A DNA stretch of 63,622 bases, the filler included, from Squatina squatina (Eukaryota): assembly GCA_031763465.1 (NCBI GenBank). It is 4 parts of 4 records of this genome, joined end to end, with 100 filler letters (N's around TTAATTAATTAA, not from the genome) between each part and the next. Parts side by side here need not be neighbours in the genome. Positions count along the whole stretch, not along the records: positions 47,104 to 63,622 come from JARFOE010000051.1; 3 more parts are not named here. One strand, given 5' to 3'. The position numbers and the translations under genes were made by a program. Positions 50,301-63,622 of this stretch are shown in pieces; the first letter of the stretch is position 1, and each line of letters begins with the position of its first letter. The notes beneath the pieces are model-generated. The model ran no database searches, was not told the origin of the DNA, and was given only the letters and a program-made list of their open reading frames with translations.

Positions 50301-51891
50301 TCCCAGCTGAGATACTTCAGTTATATGGAGAGCTTGGAAAGTTATGAGTGTTCATCGTGAAACAGAGAAGGTTAAGAGGTGACCAAATAGATGTTTTCGA
50401 GATGATGAGAGATTTTGATCTCGGTCAATAACGATACAAAATCTTTTGAAAAAAGTTCGAGACGGGAGATGAGGAGAAATCTTTTCACTCAGAGATTTGT
50501 CAGGATCTAAAACGCTCTCCCTGAAAAGGTGGTGGAAGATGATTCAATAAATAATTTTAAAAGGGAGTTAGACAGGTGCTTGAGAATGAGGAACTTACAA
50601 GGTTATGGACAAAAAGTGGGGGTGTGGGACGAAGCATGACTGCTGTTTAAAAGAGCCAACACAGGCATGACAGGCTGAATGGTCTCCTTCTGTGCGGTAA
50701 GTTTCAATGGTTCTATGACTGGATGGGCAAAAGCAGAGTAATTATAGTGCTACATTGTCTATCAAACAATCATCGATCAGGCGAAATATGGACGAGATAC
50801 AGAGGAAAGTTGCTTCACAGCTATCCATCAATGACTTCCAGATTCAGTAACACTTGTTCAAATTTCTCTAAACCCTTGAAGGTCAAGGAACACTTGCGAA
50901 ATAGCAATATAATGTGACAACTGATGTTCCAATTCTAGTCCTGGAGGGCCTGTGGGAATGCCAACTGTGAAATGTACCTAGTCAGGGGTGAACAGTGTCA
51001 ACCGTAATGTTACGTCACGTTAAGATACTCGAGTCTTTGTTTGGTTGCTTTCATGGCAGCAAGGAGAAACTTGAGAGAGTTTGTTTTTCTCCTCTTGCAC
51101 ATTTTCCCTGTGAATCTTCACCTCCTTCAGGTGATTAATAAATAATGAGGAGTTTGTGGCAGTGCAACTTCCTAAACGTTTGGTTGGAAGGATTGTTTCA
51201 GCAGGCAGAAGCCCAATTCTCATTCCATGCTTGCTTACTCTCCTATCTGAGTGGTGGGTCACAGGCTAACTCTGGTCCGTCCTGTAAGACTCAGATTTCT
51301 TCCTTTTTATTGGTCAATTTGACCAATTATAACCAGCATGCTTTGCAGAGGTAAAAGAGAGCTTCGGATAAAATGCTTCGCACGTCTAAAAAAGAGAAAT
51401 GTTTCTGGAAAACAAGAACCTGAAGGTTGTGGCTGCCATCATGGACATAAATGATTTTTAAACAATGACAGCCAACGAAGCCAGACAAAACATGATTTCA
51501 TTTTTGTATCTCAGATATGAACTCTGTGTACCAATATGGATTGAAAGGTTATTATGGGAAGTACATGGGCAATTTGTCAGGTTTTTGGATATAACGATGC
51601 TGAGCTATTACATCTCAAGTTGCTCTGTAGTCGGGGAACAGGCTGGACACCTGGGATACAGCACACCTGGAGAAGCTGACCATTCGCTGGTGGGTTCATA
51701 TGGAAAAGTAGTTTGCTTAATAGTCAGGGGCAGGTTCAAGGGTAAAGGGATAACGGCATCTTGGGGGCCAGAAGTACTTGGTCTTACTGCATGTAATGTA
51801 TTACCGGATGCTTTCTTTCTGTCAGCTTTTTAAGTGAACAGGAGTTATCTTCAGGTAAAGGGGTAACTACATGTGGGGGACCTGAATTACT

Positions 51892-52405
51892 TGGCAGAAT
51901 TCACTCAAGGGACACAGCCACAGCGCCGGTCGGTTACAACGACAGCAAAACCAGTTTCTGCAATGGGCCTCTTAAAGGGGAGGGCCTGAGTGATGGCGAC
52001 CGCCATCTTTATTTGTTGGACAACTCTGTGGTCAGCCGACTGATGGCGGCCCACGACCGGATCGGGCCACCATCACCTCGCCTGGCACGCCAACTGCCCA
52101 GCTGCCCTCCTCCTTAAAGGAGGCCGAGCAATCGCGTGATGTCAGCGCACTGCTTCAGATGTCAGCGCACTGCAACGCAGACGTGACGCTCTGACGTCGC
52201 TCGTGTGGCGCTGACACCACGCCAGCAATGTCCCCGGCCGGCCGCCCCAGTTCTGCCCTGGGTGTGAGGCTGACATCGCTGCACGTTGCTCCCACCGCGG
52301 AACAGCAAATTCAGCAGCGGGTGAAGAGTTTTGGGAGCCAGAAGGAAAAATGCCGGCTCCCACCCACAACCACCCCGGAAACACCTGGGCCGAATTGTGG
52401 GTCCA
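51892..52405. mobile_element. CpG-rich Harbinger-like MITE related to 33451-34187
   Basis: Shares TTAAAGGGGAGGGCC and CTGATGGCGGCC blocks with the reverse complement of 33845-33900. Confidence 0.55.
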
Positions 52406-52479
52406 AAGAGTACAACAATATACAGAGGAGTCCTTCATGTTTCTCGTGTGAATAAACTGCCTTTGTCCCTCTTCAGCAG

Positions 52480-53625
52480 CACCAACTCACTCTGTCTCAG
52501 AGCTGTCCTGGTTCGCTGATCCATTTCATCCTTCACCTCATCCGGTGCTTTAACAAAACCCTCCTTTCAGATGTGAAGGATCGTAAGCTTCAGCAACCCT
52601 TGGGCACCAATGCCCCTCCGGAGCCTTCTTCCCCTTCACTTCCCTCTGATCCCATCCCTTCTTCCAATCTCACCCCCTGCCGTGTTTTCACTACCCCCTC
52701 GGACCTTCCCCTCTCTCACCCCGAACGATCAGTCCTCAGCAAAGGCCTGAGCTTCATCCCCTCACACCCCAACCTCAATGAATTTCAAGCTTGGCACGTC
52801 ACTGAGCTCTTTTTCCATCACCTTTGTCTCCGTGCCCACTGCCTTGGCCAGGAGCCTTCCCACCACACAGCTGACCCTTTCTTCCATTTTCAGAATTCTC
52901 TCTCGACCAGAACCCCTCCCTCTGGCCTCTTACCCTCTCTCGATCTTTTCATTGCGAAGTGCCGGTGTGACATCGGCCACCTCAATTTCTTGGTTCTCCT
53001 CACTCACTCCAACCTACCTCCCTCTGAATTTGCAGCACCCGCACTCTCAGATCCCACCCCACCATTGTCTTTAAAACGACTGACAAGGGTGGTGCTGGTG
53101 TTGTTTGGCGAACCGACCTCTACCTTGCGGAGGCCAAGTGCCAGCGCTCTGACACCTCCTTCTGCTTCTCTCTGGACCATGACCACACTACTGAACATCA
53201 AGCCATCATTTCCCAACCGTCACCAGCCCCATCTCCTCTGGAGATCTTCCCTCCATAGACGCCAACCTCATAGTTCCCCAACCCTGCACAGCTCGCTCCT
53301 ATCTCCTTCCCATGATCCACAAACAGGACGACCCTGGCAGACCCACTGTTTCAGCTGTTCTTGCCCCATGAACTGATTTCTCCCTGTCTCAACTCTGTTT
53401 TTCCCCTTGTCCAGTCTCTTCCCACCAACATCCCAACTCTTCCGGTGCTCTCCGCCACTCTAACAGCTTCCTGGCCCGAACTGCCTCCTTTTCACTATGG
53501 ATGTCCACTCACTCTATACTTCCATTCCCCACCAGGACGGCCTGAGGGCGCTCCGCTTCTTCCTTGAACAGAGGCCCAACCAGTCCCCATCCACCACCAC
53601 CCTCCACTGCTTTAGCGGTGGATAT
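52480..53625 (+). mobile_element. Penelope-like retroelement (PLE) RT pseudogene fragment
   Basis: Read across frameshifts: LPLSHPERSVLSKGLSFIP, KTTDKGGAGVVWRTDLY (DKG motif), LLPMIHKQDDPGRPTVSA (LPKIHK...GRP) and FTMDVHSLYTSIPHQDGLRAL (RT motif A). These are PLE-type motifs. Confidence 0.88.
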
Positions 53626-53642
53626 GGAGCTTCATTTTTCCA

Positions 53643-54226
53643 GATGTAACTAGTAGAATCGATAAGGGAGAAACACTGGATCTGGTGTACTTGGACTTTC
53701 AGAAGGCTTTCGATAAGGTCCCACACAAGAGATTGGCGTGTAAAATTAAAGCACATGGGATTGGGGGGAAGATACTGACATGGATAAAGAACTGGTTGAC
53801 AGACAGGAAACAAAGAGTTGGATTAAACGGGTCTTTTTCCGAGTGGCAGACAGTGACTAGTGGGGTACCGCAGGGATCAGTGCCAGGACCCCAGCTATTC
53901 ACAATATACATTAACGACTTAGATGAGGGAACTAAATGTAATATCTCCAAGATTGCTGACGACACAAAGCTGTGGGGGAGTGTGAGCTGTGAGGATGATG
54001 CAATGAAACTCCAGTGTGATTTGGACAGGTTGAGTGAGTGGGCAAATGCTTGGCAGGTGCAGTATAATGTGGATAAATGTGAGGATATCCAATCTGCTGG
54101 CAAAAACAGGAAGGCAGAGTATTATCTGAACGACAATAGATTGGGAAAGGGAGAGGTGCAACGAGACCTGGGTGTCCTTGTGCACCAGTCGCTGAAAGTA
54201 AGCATGCAGGTGCAGCAGGCGGTTAA
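53643..54226 (+). mobile_element. CR1 LINE RT domain fragment
   Basis: YLDFQKAFDKVPH...GVPQGSVPGPQLF...IADDTKL. Another copy lies in the opposite orientation at 54327-54535. Confidence 0.95.
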
Positions 54227-56559
54227 NNNNNNNNNNNNNNNNNNNNNNNNNNNNNNNNNNNNNNNNNNNNNNNNNNNNNNNNNNNNNNNNNNNNNNNNNN
54301 NNNNNNNNNNNNNNNNNNNNNNNNNNCCATTCAGATAATAATCTGCCTTCCTGTTTTTGCCACCAAAGTGGATAACCTCACACTTATCCACATTATACTG
54401 CATTTGCCCACTCGCCCAACCTGTCTAAATCATTCTGGAGTTTCTCTGCATCCTCCAGACAGCACACACGCCCACCCAGCTTTGTGTCATCTGCAAACTT
54501 GGAGATATTACATCTAGTTCCCTCATCTAAATCTAGTTCTTAAGGGTCACAGAAAAATGCTTTATTTTAATGGTGAATTTTTGGCTGGAAGAAAAGCAGA
54601 TCTCAAGGACTTCATTACATTCTATACGGTGTACAGTAATTGGCACCAAATAGATTTTCACAGTCACTACTGCTTGCATAATTATTCATTTAAGATCCCT
54701 ACTGTGTCACCTTTCAATCAACGCCACGCGTATGGTTATTATTTTGCTTTTATAAGAACAAACTCAATGCTGTCGAGATATAGCCGTCAATCACCCAGCA
54801 GGTATCACAGGAAAATGATAAACAAAGAGCAAACCCAAGCTCTTGAAGGATGCCAGCCACGCACTGCACAGCAGCCGTGAAAGTCCCTGGTGTGCAGAGT
54901 CTGTATACCAGTTGGGTCAAATCCTCTTTAAATTACAGAACAGCAGTGCGAGGCACCCAACCGAGGGGGCAATAGTCACCATCTACACAAAGGCAAAGTA
55001 CTAAGGATGCTGGAAAAGTCACCTTCTATCACTGCTCGTCATTGCAAAGCAAGAGGCACTGTACTTGTAGGTGGAACTGCACACACAACATGCCATGTGT
55101 AGCGGCTTTAAAAAAAAAACCCTCTTCTTTATAATTCATCCGTTGCCGCTTTGCAGCTTCTCTAGCCCTACAAGAACACAAACTCCCCCAATTGAGGGGG
55201 CGGGGGCAAGTCAGTCTCCAGTTCTCAAACCAGCACCAGTGCTGCTCTATACTGACAAGTGGCCCACAACGCTCCCACTCCATCCCGACTCAGTAACTTC
55301 TGAGCAACCAGTCAGGGAATCAATTCTGCCTCATCAATTCTGTGGCCAGAGTTTTTAAAAAGAGTTGTGTACAAATTCACTTTATAAATTGTCTCGCGCT
55401 AAATTGAGGGATGTCAGAGCTTTGAACTACTGTCACTATATATCAGCACACCCAGCCTATGCATAGCACAGGTTAAATGCAGACTGAAGTATTTTTATTT
55501 TGTCCCTACAACATGCCTTAACCCCAACCTCAAATGTACACCACTTACTGCACCACAAATATTTTCCACTTCCCACAACAGCCATCCCTGAGGACGATTT
55601 CAGGATGTGTCAAACTGTGGAGAGCTTTTGTGCTTATAGACAAAAGGCCATAATGGTGATTACAGAGTTTATCTCATATTGATGCTCTCAAGCACCCGTC
55701 TCGCAGCTGGAGCTGCTTCTCTCCAAATCAGCTGGAGTAGGAGACAAGATAGTGAGCCAACTGTACCAAAAGACTCCCCATGAAACTGGGTCCAACTGTA
55801 AGTGGGCAAGATTTTGCATGTGAAAATTAGCTCAGCCTATGCACGTTGAACACAGCAGTCTTGACATGGTCATGGCTTTACAAAATTCAATTCTGGATTT
55901 TTAATTTTATTGCCAAAAGCCTCAATTAATCCTTGGCCCAAAAAACAGTAGCTGAAACCATCTTGAGGAGCCCCACAGGCAAGAAATGAACTTTCAGCAC
56001 CCAGCAATAGAACAGGGCCTGTTGCACACATCCTTCCGCTATACAACAACTTGTATTCATATAGCACCTTTAACACAGTAAATGTCCCAAGGCACTTCCC
56101 AGGAGCGTTATCAAATGCAATTTCACACCGAGTCGCATAAGGGGATATTAGAGATGATAAAAAGCTTAGTCAAAGAGGTAGGTTTTAAGGGGCGTCTTAA
56201 AAGGCTGAGATAGACAGATTCAGCAAGGGAGTCAAAGGTTATGGGGAAAGTAGAGTTGCGGACAGAATCAGATCAGCCATGGTCTCACTGAACGGCGGAG
56301 CAGGCTCGAGGGGCCAAATGGCCTACTCCTGCTCCTAGTTCTTATGTTTAAAGGAGGAAAGAGAGGCTTAGGAAGGGAATTTCAGAGCTTAGGGCCACGG
56401 CCATCAATGGTGGAGTGATTAAAATCAGAAGCCAGAATTGGAGTGCAGCTATCTCCAAGGGTGAAGTGCTAGTGGAGATTACAGAGACAGGGAGGGGCTG
56501 AGCAAGGGCTCAAAGATTTTGTTGTTCCAACCTTTTCCCCTCTTTTAAAGGCTCTGCTC

Positions 56560-56810
56560 CCTTGACCAAGCAATCATTCACATGCGAGCCAAGAAACTAG
56601 AACCAGCAGGCTGTTTGTTTATGGAGAACATCACAACCAAGCCCAAAACCAGCCTTCAGCTGATGCCCAGTTTACAATATGAATCACAAAACCTGATTGG
56701 CTCTCCCTAGCCCAAGGGCATGAGGGTTAATTGTAATATCCCTCTTGCTGCCAGGATGTGATCAACTCAGTCAGCACAGACTGGGGATCAAATTGAGATC
56801 TACTGGTCTG
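56560..56810 (-). mobile_element. Decayed LF-SINE-like element
   Basis: Reverse complement gives GATCCCCAGTCTGTGCTGACTGAGTTGATC...CCCTTGGGCTAGGGAGAG...GGCTCGCATGTGAATGA, collinear with 13775-14110. Confidence 0.55.
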
Positions 56811-57035
56811 AAGGTCTTGTGAAAACCTACTTGCTGGTTATCAAACGGTTGTCCCCAACCTGCAGGGGACCCCACAAGGCCCTTCCCACAAACCCCCCCC
56901 ACCCCCCCAGGTTATTTGTTTTTTGCCCATGTCATNNNNNNNNNNNNNNNNNNNNNNNNNNNNNNNNNNNNNNNNNNNNNNNNNNNNNNNNNNNNNNNNN
57001 NNNNNNNNNNNNNNNNNNNNNNNNNNNNNNNNNNN

Positions 57036-57390
57036 ATCAAAGTTGGAGATATTAAGGGGAACAGATAGGGTAGATCGAGAGAAACTATCTCCTCTGGTTG
57101 GGGTGTCTAGGACTAGGGGGCAGAGTCTAAAAATTAGAGCCAAGCTTTCAGGAGTGAAATTGGGAAACACTTTGACACACAAAGGGTGGTAGAGGTTTGG
57201 AACTCTCTTCCGCAAACAGCAATTGATGCTAGGTCAAGTGTTAATTTTAAAATGAAGATTGATAGCTTTTTGTTAACCAAAGGTATTAAAAGCGGGTAGA
57301 TGGAGTTAGTTCACAGATCAGCCATGACCTCATTGAATGGCAGAACAGGTTCGAGGGGCTGAATGGCCTCGTCCTGTTCCTATGTTCCAT
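57036..57390 (+). mobile_element. CR1 LINE 3' end
   Basis: ILRGTDRVDREKLSPLVGVSRTRGQSLKIRA..., followed by the tail AACAGGTTCGAGGGGCTGAATGGCCTCGTCCTGTTCCTATGTT. A copy of the same subfamily lies on the minus strand at 61425-61850. Confidence 0.88.
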
Positions 57391-58112
57391 AGTGTGTCCT
57401 CCCAGTGCCGGTCAGCCACCGCTTTCCACCAGGAACAGCCAATCAGCTGACCGGCAGGAATCAAAGAGGAACGCTGCCGATTTCAACTTTGACTCCCACT
57501 CCCACGCGGACAGCCAGCAGTTAAAAATCGGCTTTCCAGTTCCTCATAGGTGCTGGCAACTGTACAGCGTTCCCAATCAGCCCAATTGTTGATTTGAGAT
57601 GCTTCTTGGAAGATTTAAAGGTTCAAAGATGGGTCCCAAGTGCCAATCCTACTCAAAACTGATTGCCTTAGAAGCCATGCTCACTGTCAAAATATGTTAG
57701 TTATTCTGATTAGAATTTTGTAATTATTTCAAGGATAGCACTGTTGAGCTTTGTTTACTCAAACCTTGATTAGTTATGAAAGTCATCATCAAGTCATTCT
57801 GATTTCCCCCCCCCACCACACAAATTACCTGTCTTTACTCTAATTGTGTGTGAAGGTTTTCTCGATAAAGGTGAGGGGAGTCAGCGCTGAGGTACTGAAC
57901 ACTTGGGTAGGGTTTTCTCTGCTTTGCAGGGTACGCTCATGAGCCGGGCACAAAGGGGCTGAGCCACGTGACTCTGGGTCTCCGCCATTTTGCGCTTCAC
58001 TCGTAAATTCCAGGGGCTTCGGTGAGGCTGTGTGGGGGGCGCGGGGAGGGGCAGAGCATCGCCACATGGAACAGGAGGAAACATCAGAATGTTATCGTAA
58101 TGATGCAGGAAG

Positions 58113-59175
58113 AACTTGCATTTATGTAGCGCCTTTCGCGACATCCCAAAGCACTTCACAGCCAATGAGGTGTAGTCACTGTTTTAATGTAGGAAACGTG
58201 GCAGCCAATTTGCGCACAGCAAGCTCCCACAAATAGCAATGTGATAACGACCAGTTTTNNNNNNNNNNNNNNNNNNNNNNNNNNNNNNNNNNNNNNNNNN
58301 NNNNNNNNNNNNNNNNNNNNNNNNNNNNNNNNNNNNNNNNNNNNNNNNNNNNNNNNNNNNNNNNNNNNNNNNNNNNNNNNNNNNNNNNNNNNNNNNNNNN
58401 NNNNNNNNNNNNNNNNNNNNNNNNNNNNNNNNNNNNNNNNNNNNNNNNNNNNNNNNNNNNNNNNNNNNNNNNNNNNNNNNNNNNNNNNNNNNNNNNNNNN
58501 NNNNNNNNNNNNNNNNNNNNNNNNNNNNNNNNNNNNNNNNNNNNNNNNNNNNNNNNNNNNNNNNNNNNNNNNNNNNNNNNNNNNNNNNNNNNNNNNNNNN
58601 NNNNNNNNNNNNNNNNNNNNNNNNNNNNNNNNNNNNNNNNNNNNNNNNNNNNNNNNNNNNNNNNNNNNNNNNNNNNNNNNNNNNNNNNNNNNNNNNNNNN
58701 NNNNNNNNNNNNNNNNNNNNNNNNNNNNNNNNNNNNNNNNNNNNNNNNNNNNNNNNNNNNNNNNNNNNNNNNNNNNNNNNNNNNNNNNNNNNNNNNNNNN
58801 NNNNNNNNNNNNNNNNNNNNNNNNNNNNNNNNNNNNNNNNNNNNNNNNNNNNNNNNNNNNNNNNNNNNNNNNNNNNNNNNNNNNNNNNNNNNNNNNNNNN
58901 NNNNNNNNNNNNNNNNNNNNNNNNNNNNNNNNNNNNNNNNNNNNNNNNNNNNNNNNNNNNNNNNNNNNNNNNNNNNNNNNNNNNNNNNNNNNNNNNNNNN
59001 NNNNNNNNNNNNNNNNNNNNNNNNNNNNNNNNNNNNNNNNNNNNNNNNNNNNNNNNNNNNNNNNNNNNNCCCACATTACAACAGCAACTGCACTCAAAAA
59101 GTACTTCATTGGCTGTAAAGTGCTTTGAGATGTCTGGCGGTCATGAAAGGTGCTTTATATAAATCCAAGTCTTTT
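58113..59175. mobile_element. Two SacSINE1-like 3' ends in inverted orientation flanking an 811-N gap
   Basis: 58113-58258 matches the SINE tail on the minus strand; 59070-59175 matches it on the plus strand. Confidence 0.75.
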
Positions 59176-59234
59176 GTTCATTCATTTCAAAGGGTTAAAA
59201 AGTGGAGCCAGAAAAAATAATTTGATGCTAATGC

Positions 59235-59590
59235 ATTTTTTTTATTCCTGGGATGCGGGCATCGCTGGCAATGTCAGCATTTATTGCCCATCCCTAATTG
59301 CCCTTACTTTATACAACGGAGTGGCATTCTAGGCCATTTCAGCAAAGACATTGCAGTCTGGAGTCACATATAGGCCAGACCAGGAAAGGATGGAAGATTT
59401 GCTTCCCGAAAGGGCATTAGCGAGCCAGGTTGGTTTTTACAACAATCCGATAGTTTCATGGTCACCATTACTGATCTTAGCTTTTTATTTCAGATTTATT
59501 TAATTAAATCAATTAAAATCCCCCCAGCTGCACTGGTGGGATTTGAATTCATGATTGTTAACCCAGGCCTCTGGATTACTAGTCTAGCAA
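59235..59590 (-). mobile_element. tRNA-derived SINE of a second family
   Basis: Minus strand has a head CTAGACTAGTAATCCAGAGGCCTGG...GAATTCAAATCCCACC (B-box-like) and a tail AAGGGCAATTAGGGATGGGCAATAAATGCTG...CCCGCATCCCAGGAATAAAAAAA. Confidence 0.65.
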
Positions 59591-60002
59591 CATAAGAACA
59601 TAAGAAACAGCAGCAGGAGTGGACCATTCAGCCCCTCGAGCCTGCTCTGCCAGTCAACAAGATCATGGCCGATCTTCTATCTCAATGCCATTTTCCTGCA
59701 CTATCCACATATCCCTTGATGTCTTTAATATCCAGAAATCTATCGATCTCTGTATTGAATATACTCAATGACTGAGCCTTCACAGCCCTCTGGGGTAGAG
59801 GATTCCAAAGATTCCCCACCCTCTGAGTGAAGAAATTTTTCCTCATCTCAGTCCTAAATGGCCGACCCCTTATTCTGAGACGGTGACACCTAGTTCTAGA
59901 TTCCCCAGCCAGGGGAAACATTTTCTCGGCATTAACCCTGTCAAACCTCTCAAGAATTTCATATGTTTCAATTAGATCACCTCTCACTCTTCTAAACTCT
60001 AG
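59591..60002 (-). mobile_element. CR1 LINE 3' end
   Basis: LEFRRVRGDLIETYEIL...FFTQRVGNLWNPLP, with a (TTCTTATG)n-type tail. Confidence 0.92.
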
Positions 60003-60394
60003 NNNNNNNNNNNNNNNNNNNNNNNNNNNNNNNNNNNNNNNNNNNNNNNNNNNNNNNNNNNNNNNNNNNNNNNNNNNNNNNNNNNNNNNNNNNNNNNNNN
60101 NNAGTATGCACTGACTGTTACTGGGGTACAATTACACAAGCTCCAGAAACACTCTGAGTCCTTTCCAAAGTCGCTATTCTTTTATATGTGGGCCAAGAGG
60201 GTGAGTGTTAGCAGGTTATCCAACCATAAGGAACATCAGTGCTGAAGTCAATCTTGTACTTGTCTGACGCATTGTCCATAACAGATTGAATATTTTTTAA
60301 CATTGTCAAATTAAAGCGCAATAATTATCACTCATGATCGATTAGCTGGCTAATGTAGTTTAGCCATATGGACCTGAACTATCTCAAGCAGCCC

Positions 60395-60735
60395 GTTTGA
60401 TCAGCATCCCAGCCACCACCTTAAATATTTACTCCCTCCCTCCAGTGTGTATGATGTATCGGGTGCACTGCAGCAACACGCCAAGGCTTCTTCGACAGCT
60501 GCTCCCAAACCCGCGACCTCTACCACCTNNNNNNNNNNACCTAGGGCAGCAGATGCAAGGCAACACCACCACCTCCAAGGTCCCCTCCAAGTCACACACC
60601 ATCCTGACTTGGAAATATATCGGTGTTCCTTCCTTCATTCGTCGCTGGGTCAAAATCCAGGATCTCCCTCCTGAACAGCACTGTGGGAGCACCTTCACCT
60701 CATGGACTGCAGTGGTTCAAGAATGGTAGCTAAGG
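60395..60735 (+). mobile_element. Non-LTR retrotransposon ORF2 C-terminal fragment (CR1/L2 supergroup, clade unresolved)
   Basis: LNIYSL...YRVHCSNTPRLLRQLLPNPRPLPP...HHHLQGPLQVTHHPDLEIYRCSF, read across frameshifts. Confidence 0.55.
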
Positions 60736-63072
60736 AAGGCATGTCAGCCAGGCCAGGATATGCAGAGAAATAGTGACACGGGATCAGCTTAATTTAGCGC
60801 TTCTATCAATTGACGGCACCGCACTCCTTCGCCGCACNNNNNNNNNNNNNNNNNNNNNNNNNNNNNNNNNNNNNNNNNNNNNNNNNNNNNNNNNNNNNNN
60901 NNNNNNNNNNNNNNNNNNNNNNNNNNNNNNNNNNNNNAGGGTTTCCCCCTGGTCTGCCTGCCCCAGCGGTTCAGATGGGATATTAACGATTCCGTGGAAG
61001 TATTTCGCAGAAGGTGGCGAGCGTCCTGGGCAACATTTCTCCTTCACCCAACACTCCCAAGAAGCAGGTTGTTCATCTCATTGCTGTTTGCTGCATGTAA
61101 ATTGGTTGCTGCATTCACCTCCACAACAGCAGCGACTAGATTCAAAAATAATTCATGTGAAGTGCTTTAGGACACAAACACAAAGCCTTCTTTATAGCAC
61201 ACACAGGTATTTGATTCAATGATGTTGACCAGCGCACTCTAAATAGTTCACATTGGAATTTCAATCAGCAATCTGGGTCCTAGACCCCATAGAGGTGGCT
61301 GGTGTGCAAAGTGTAAAGCTTCATGCTGGTACTGAGATATTATCGGGGCCAAGTAATCAGAGCATTACACTGCATTTGGCTAGTACCTGACCTGACTTAA
61401 TGGGATATTCGGTACGCAATAGGGGAACAGAGTAACGGCAGGAGGCCATATAGCCTCTCGGGCCTGTTCCGCCATCCAGTGAGATCATGGCTGATCTGCG
61501 ATGTAACTCCATATACCCACCTTTGGCCCATATCCCCTAATTACTTTGGTTAACAAAAATCTATCAATCTCAGATTTAAAATTAACAACGGATCTAGCAT
61601 CATTTGCCGTTTGCGGAAGAGAGTTATGAACTTTTACTAACCTTTGTGTGTAGAAGTATTTCCTAATTTCACTCCTGAAAGGTCTGACTCTAACTTTTAT
61701 ACTAGTCCTAGACTCCCCAACCAGCAGAAATAGTTTCTCCCTATCTACCTTATCTGTTCCCTTTAATATCTTGAGAACTTCGATCAAATCACCCCTTAAC
61801 CTTCTAAATTCCAGGGAATACAACACTAGTTTGTGTAGACTCTCCACTCAGAATTTGTGCTGCCTGCTCATTATAATGATTGCAGCCAATGTTCCCTCTA
61901 ATTTTTTTATTTGTACTGAGCAGGCGACAAACTCCTCTGAGTGCGACTATTTTGTCCATGGAGAGTTAACAACAACACCTACTCAACAACAGCAGCTTCA
62001 GATCTTTCATTATTTTTGTTCATTGTGCAAATACTTTTGGAGTGTTTGAGTAGTTAATGACTTGATATCATCTTTATATCTCTTTCTCCTAACTCCCCTC
62101 TTCACATCACGCAATCCCAGGTCGGGTTCTAATATCTTGAGGCCTTGGAGAGGGTGCAGAGGAGACTTACTAGATTTACGAGAATGGTACCAGGGATGAG
62201 GGACTTCAGTTATCTGGAGAGATTAAAGAAGCTGGGTGGTAGAGCAGAGAAGGTTAAGAGAAGATTGAATAGAGGTGTCCAAAATTTTGAGGAGTTTTGT
62301 TAGAGTAAATAAGGAGAAACAGCTTCCAGTGGTAGGACGGTTGGCAACCAGAAGACACAGATTTAAGGTGATTGGCGAAAGAACCAGAGGCGAGTTGAGG
62401 ATAATTTTCTTCACGCAGTGAGTTGTTATGCCTGAAAGGGTGGCAAAGCAGATTCTATAATAACTTTCAAAACGGAATTGAATAAATATTTGAAAAAGAA
62501 AAATTTGCAGGGTTATGACGAACGAGAGGGGAATGGGACTAATTGCATAGCTCTACCAAAAAGACGGCACAGGCATGATGGGCTGAATGGTCTCCTGTGT
62601 TGTATCATTCATAAAATCTTTGCCAAATGCAACATTTTCTAAGTTTAGTTTCAATTTACATCACACAGTGGTATTCCCCTTTTTTTAAAAAATGGATTAC
62701 ATTATTCTGAACTAGTTGAACTAGTTAAACCACTTCGCTGTGACTTTATCAGGATAATGGTTATTTCCCGTAAAATTTGAAGAAGTAGGTATTCATCGAG
62801 GAACTCAATTGAAATGTACTTTAATGAAATGAGGTAAACATAGTGTTCTCTGTGACTGCTATGAGACATCAACATTTTGTTTGTCTAAAACACAAATTAA
62901 AGGTTGATATGATCTCTGCTGTGTAATTCTCTCAACCTGCCAATATACCCACTTGCACGTACCATGGTACAGTCACGCAGATTGTCCCCTGTGCGATTAC
63001 TTTCTCTCTTACTGCAGATCTTGCTAGTGATCATGGCTTCAGGGATCTGTTACGTGTTGAAACAAAGAAAAA

Positions 63073-63467
63073 AACTTGCATTTATGTAGCAGCTTTCATG
63101 ACCTTACGATGCTCCAAGTGCTTTTGAAGTGTAGTCACTGTTAGGCAATGTAGCAGCCAATTTGTGTGCAGCAACCGCCCACAAACAGCAGTGTGAATAA
63201 TAACCAGATGTGTTTCAGTGATGTTGGTTGAGGGATAAATATTACACCCCTTTTGAATCGTGGCGTGGGATCTTTTACATCCAGCTGAGAGGGTAAACGG
63301 AGCCTTGGTTTAAAGTCTCATCTGAAAGATGGCGCCTACGGCAGTGCAGCACTCCCTCTGTAGTGTTGGTCAAGATTATGTGCTCCAAGTCTCCAGAGTG
63401 GCACTTGAACCCACGACCTTCTGACTCTGAGAGGAGAGAGTACTACCAACAGAACCAAAGCTGACAC
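63073..63467 (-). mobile_element. SacSINE1/DeuSINE-like SINE, more decayed copy
   Basis: Collinear with 46440-46886 from the tRNA-like head to the tail. Confidence 0.82.
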
Positions 63468-63622
63468 CAGGGAAGCAATTTTTGAAGGACTGTTGGTTTC
63501 TTGTATTTCAAGCTATCACCATCACTTTAAAGCAACATTTTTAAATAGCTGCTTTTATTGATGGGCAGGAAGGTATGTTGGGGTGAATGCTGCAAATCTA
63601 AATTGTAAATTGGAATTGCTCA

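Noticed and set aside
52573-54338. A novel fused Penelope-CR1 reverse transcriptase system
   Set aside because: These are two independent decayed fragments that abut at about 53630-53643. They are frameshifted, in different frames, and share no termini.

Overview
This window is vertebrate nuclear DNA, most likely from a shark or other cartilaginous fish, judged by its repeat content. It is not prokaryotic. It is a stitched, low-contiguity assembly: short contigs are joined by 100-N, 10-N and sized gaps. Three artificial 44N-TTAATTAATTAA-44N linkers (18077, 32191, 47048) split it into four blocks. Spliced coding exons can be read for XPNPEP1 (3 exons), a Cu-only SOD repeat protein (CSRP/cusr-like; one large exon plus two 3' exons ending in a GPI-type tail), RIOK3 (4 exons), a Gs-family G-alpha (last exon, GNAL or GNAS) and a beta-tubulin (exons 2-3). 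The rest is intronic or intergenic DNA rich in CR1, L2, RTE and Penelope-like retroelements, SacSINE1/DeuSINE- and LF-SINE-like SINEs, and PIF/Harbinger remnants and MITEs. Most ORFs in the supplied track are N-gap or repeat artefacts. I cannot demonstrate a wholly new system. The strongest leads are: (i) a CSRP repeat that has lost three of four copper-ligand histidines; (ii) a 232-bp palindromic element with a 15-bp target-site duplication and two opposed hammerhead-ribozyme-like cores; (iii) a 42-bp minisatellite built from a LINE 3' tail; (iv) an apparently internally deleted RTE with a 17-bp TSD.
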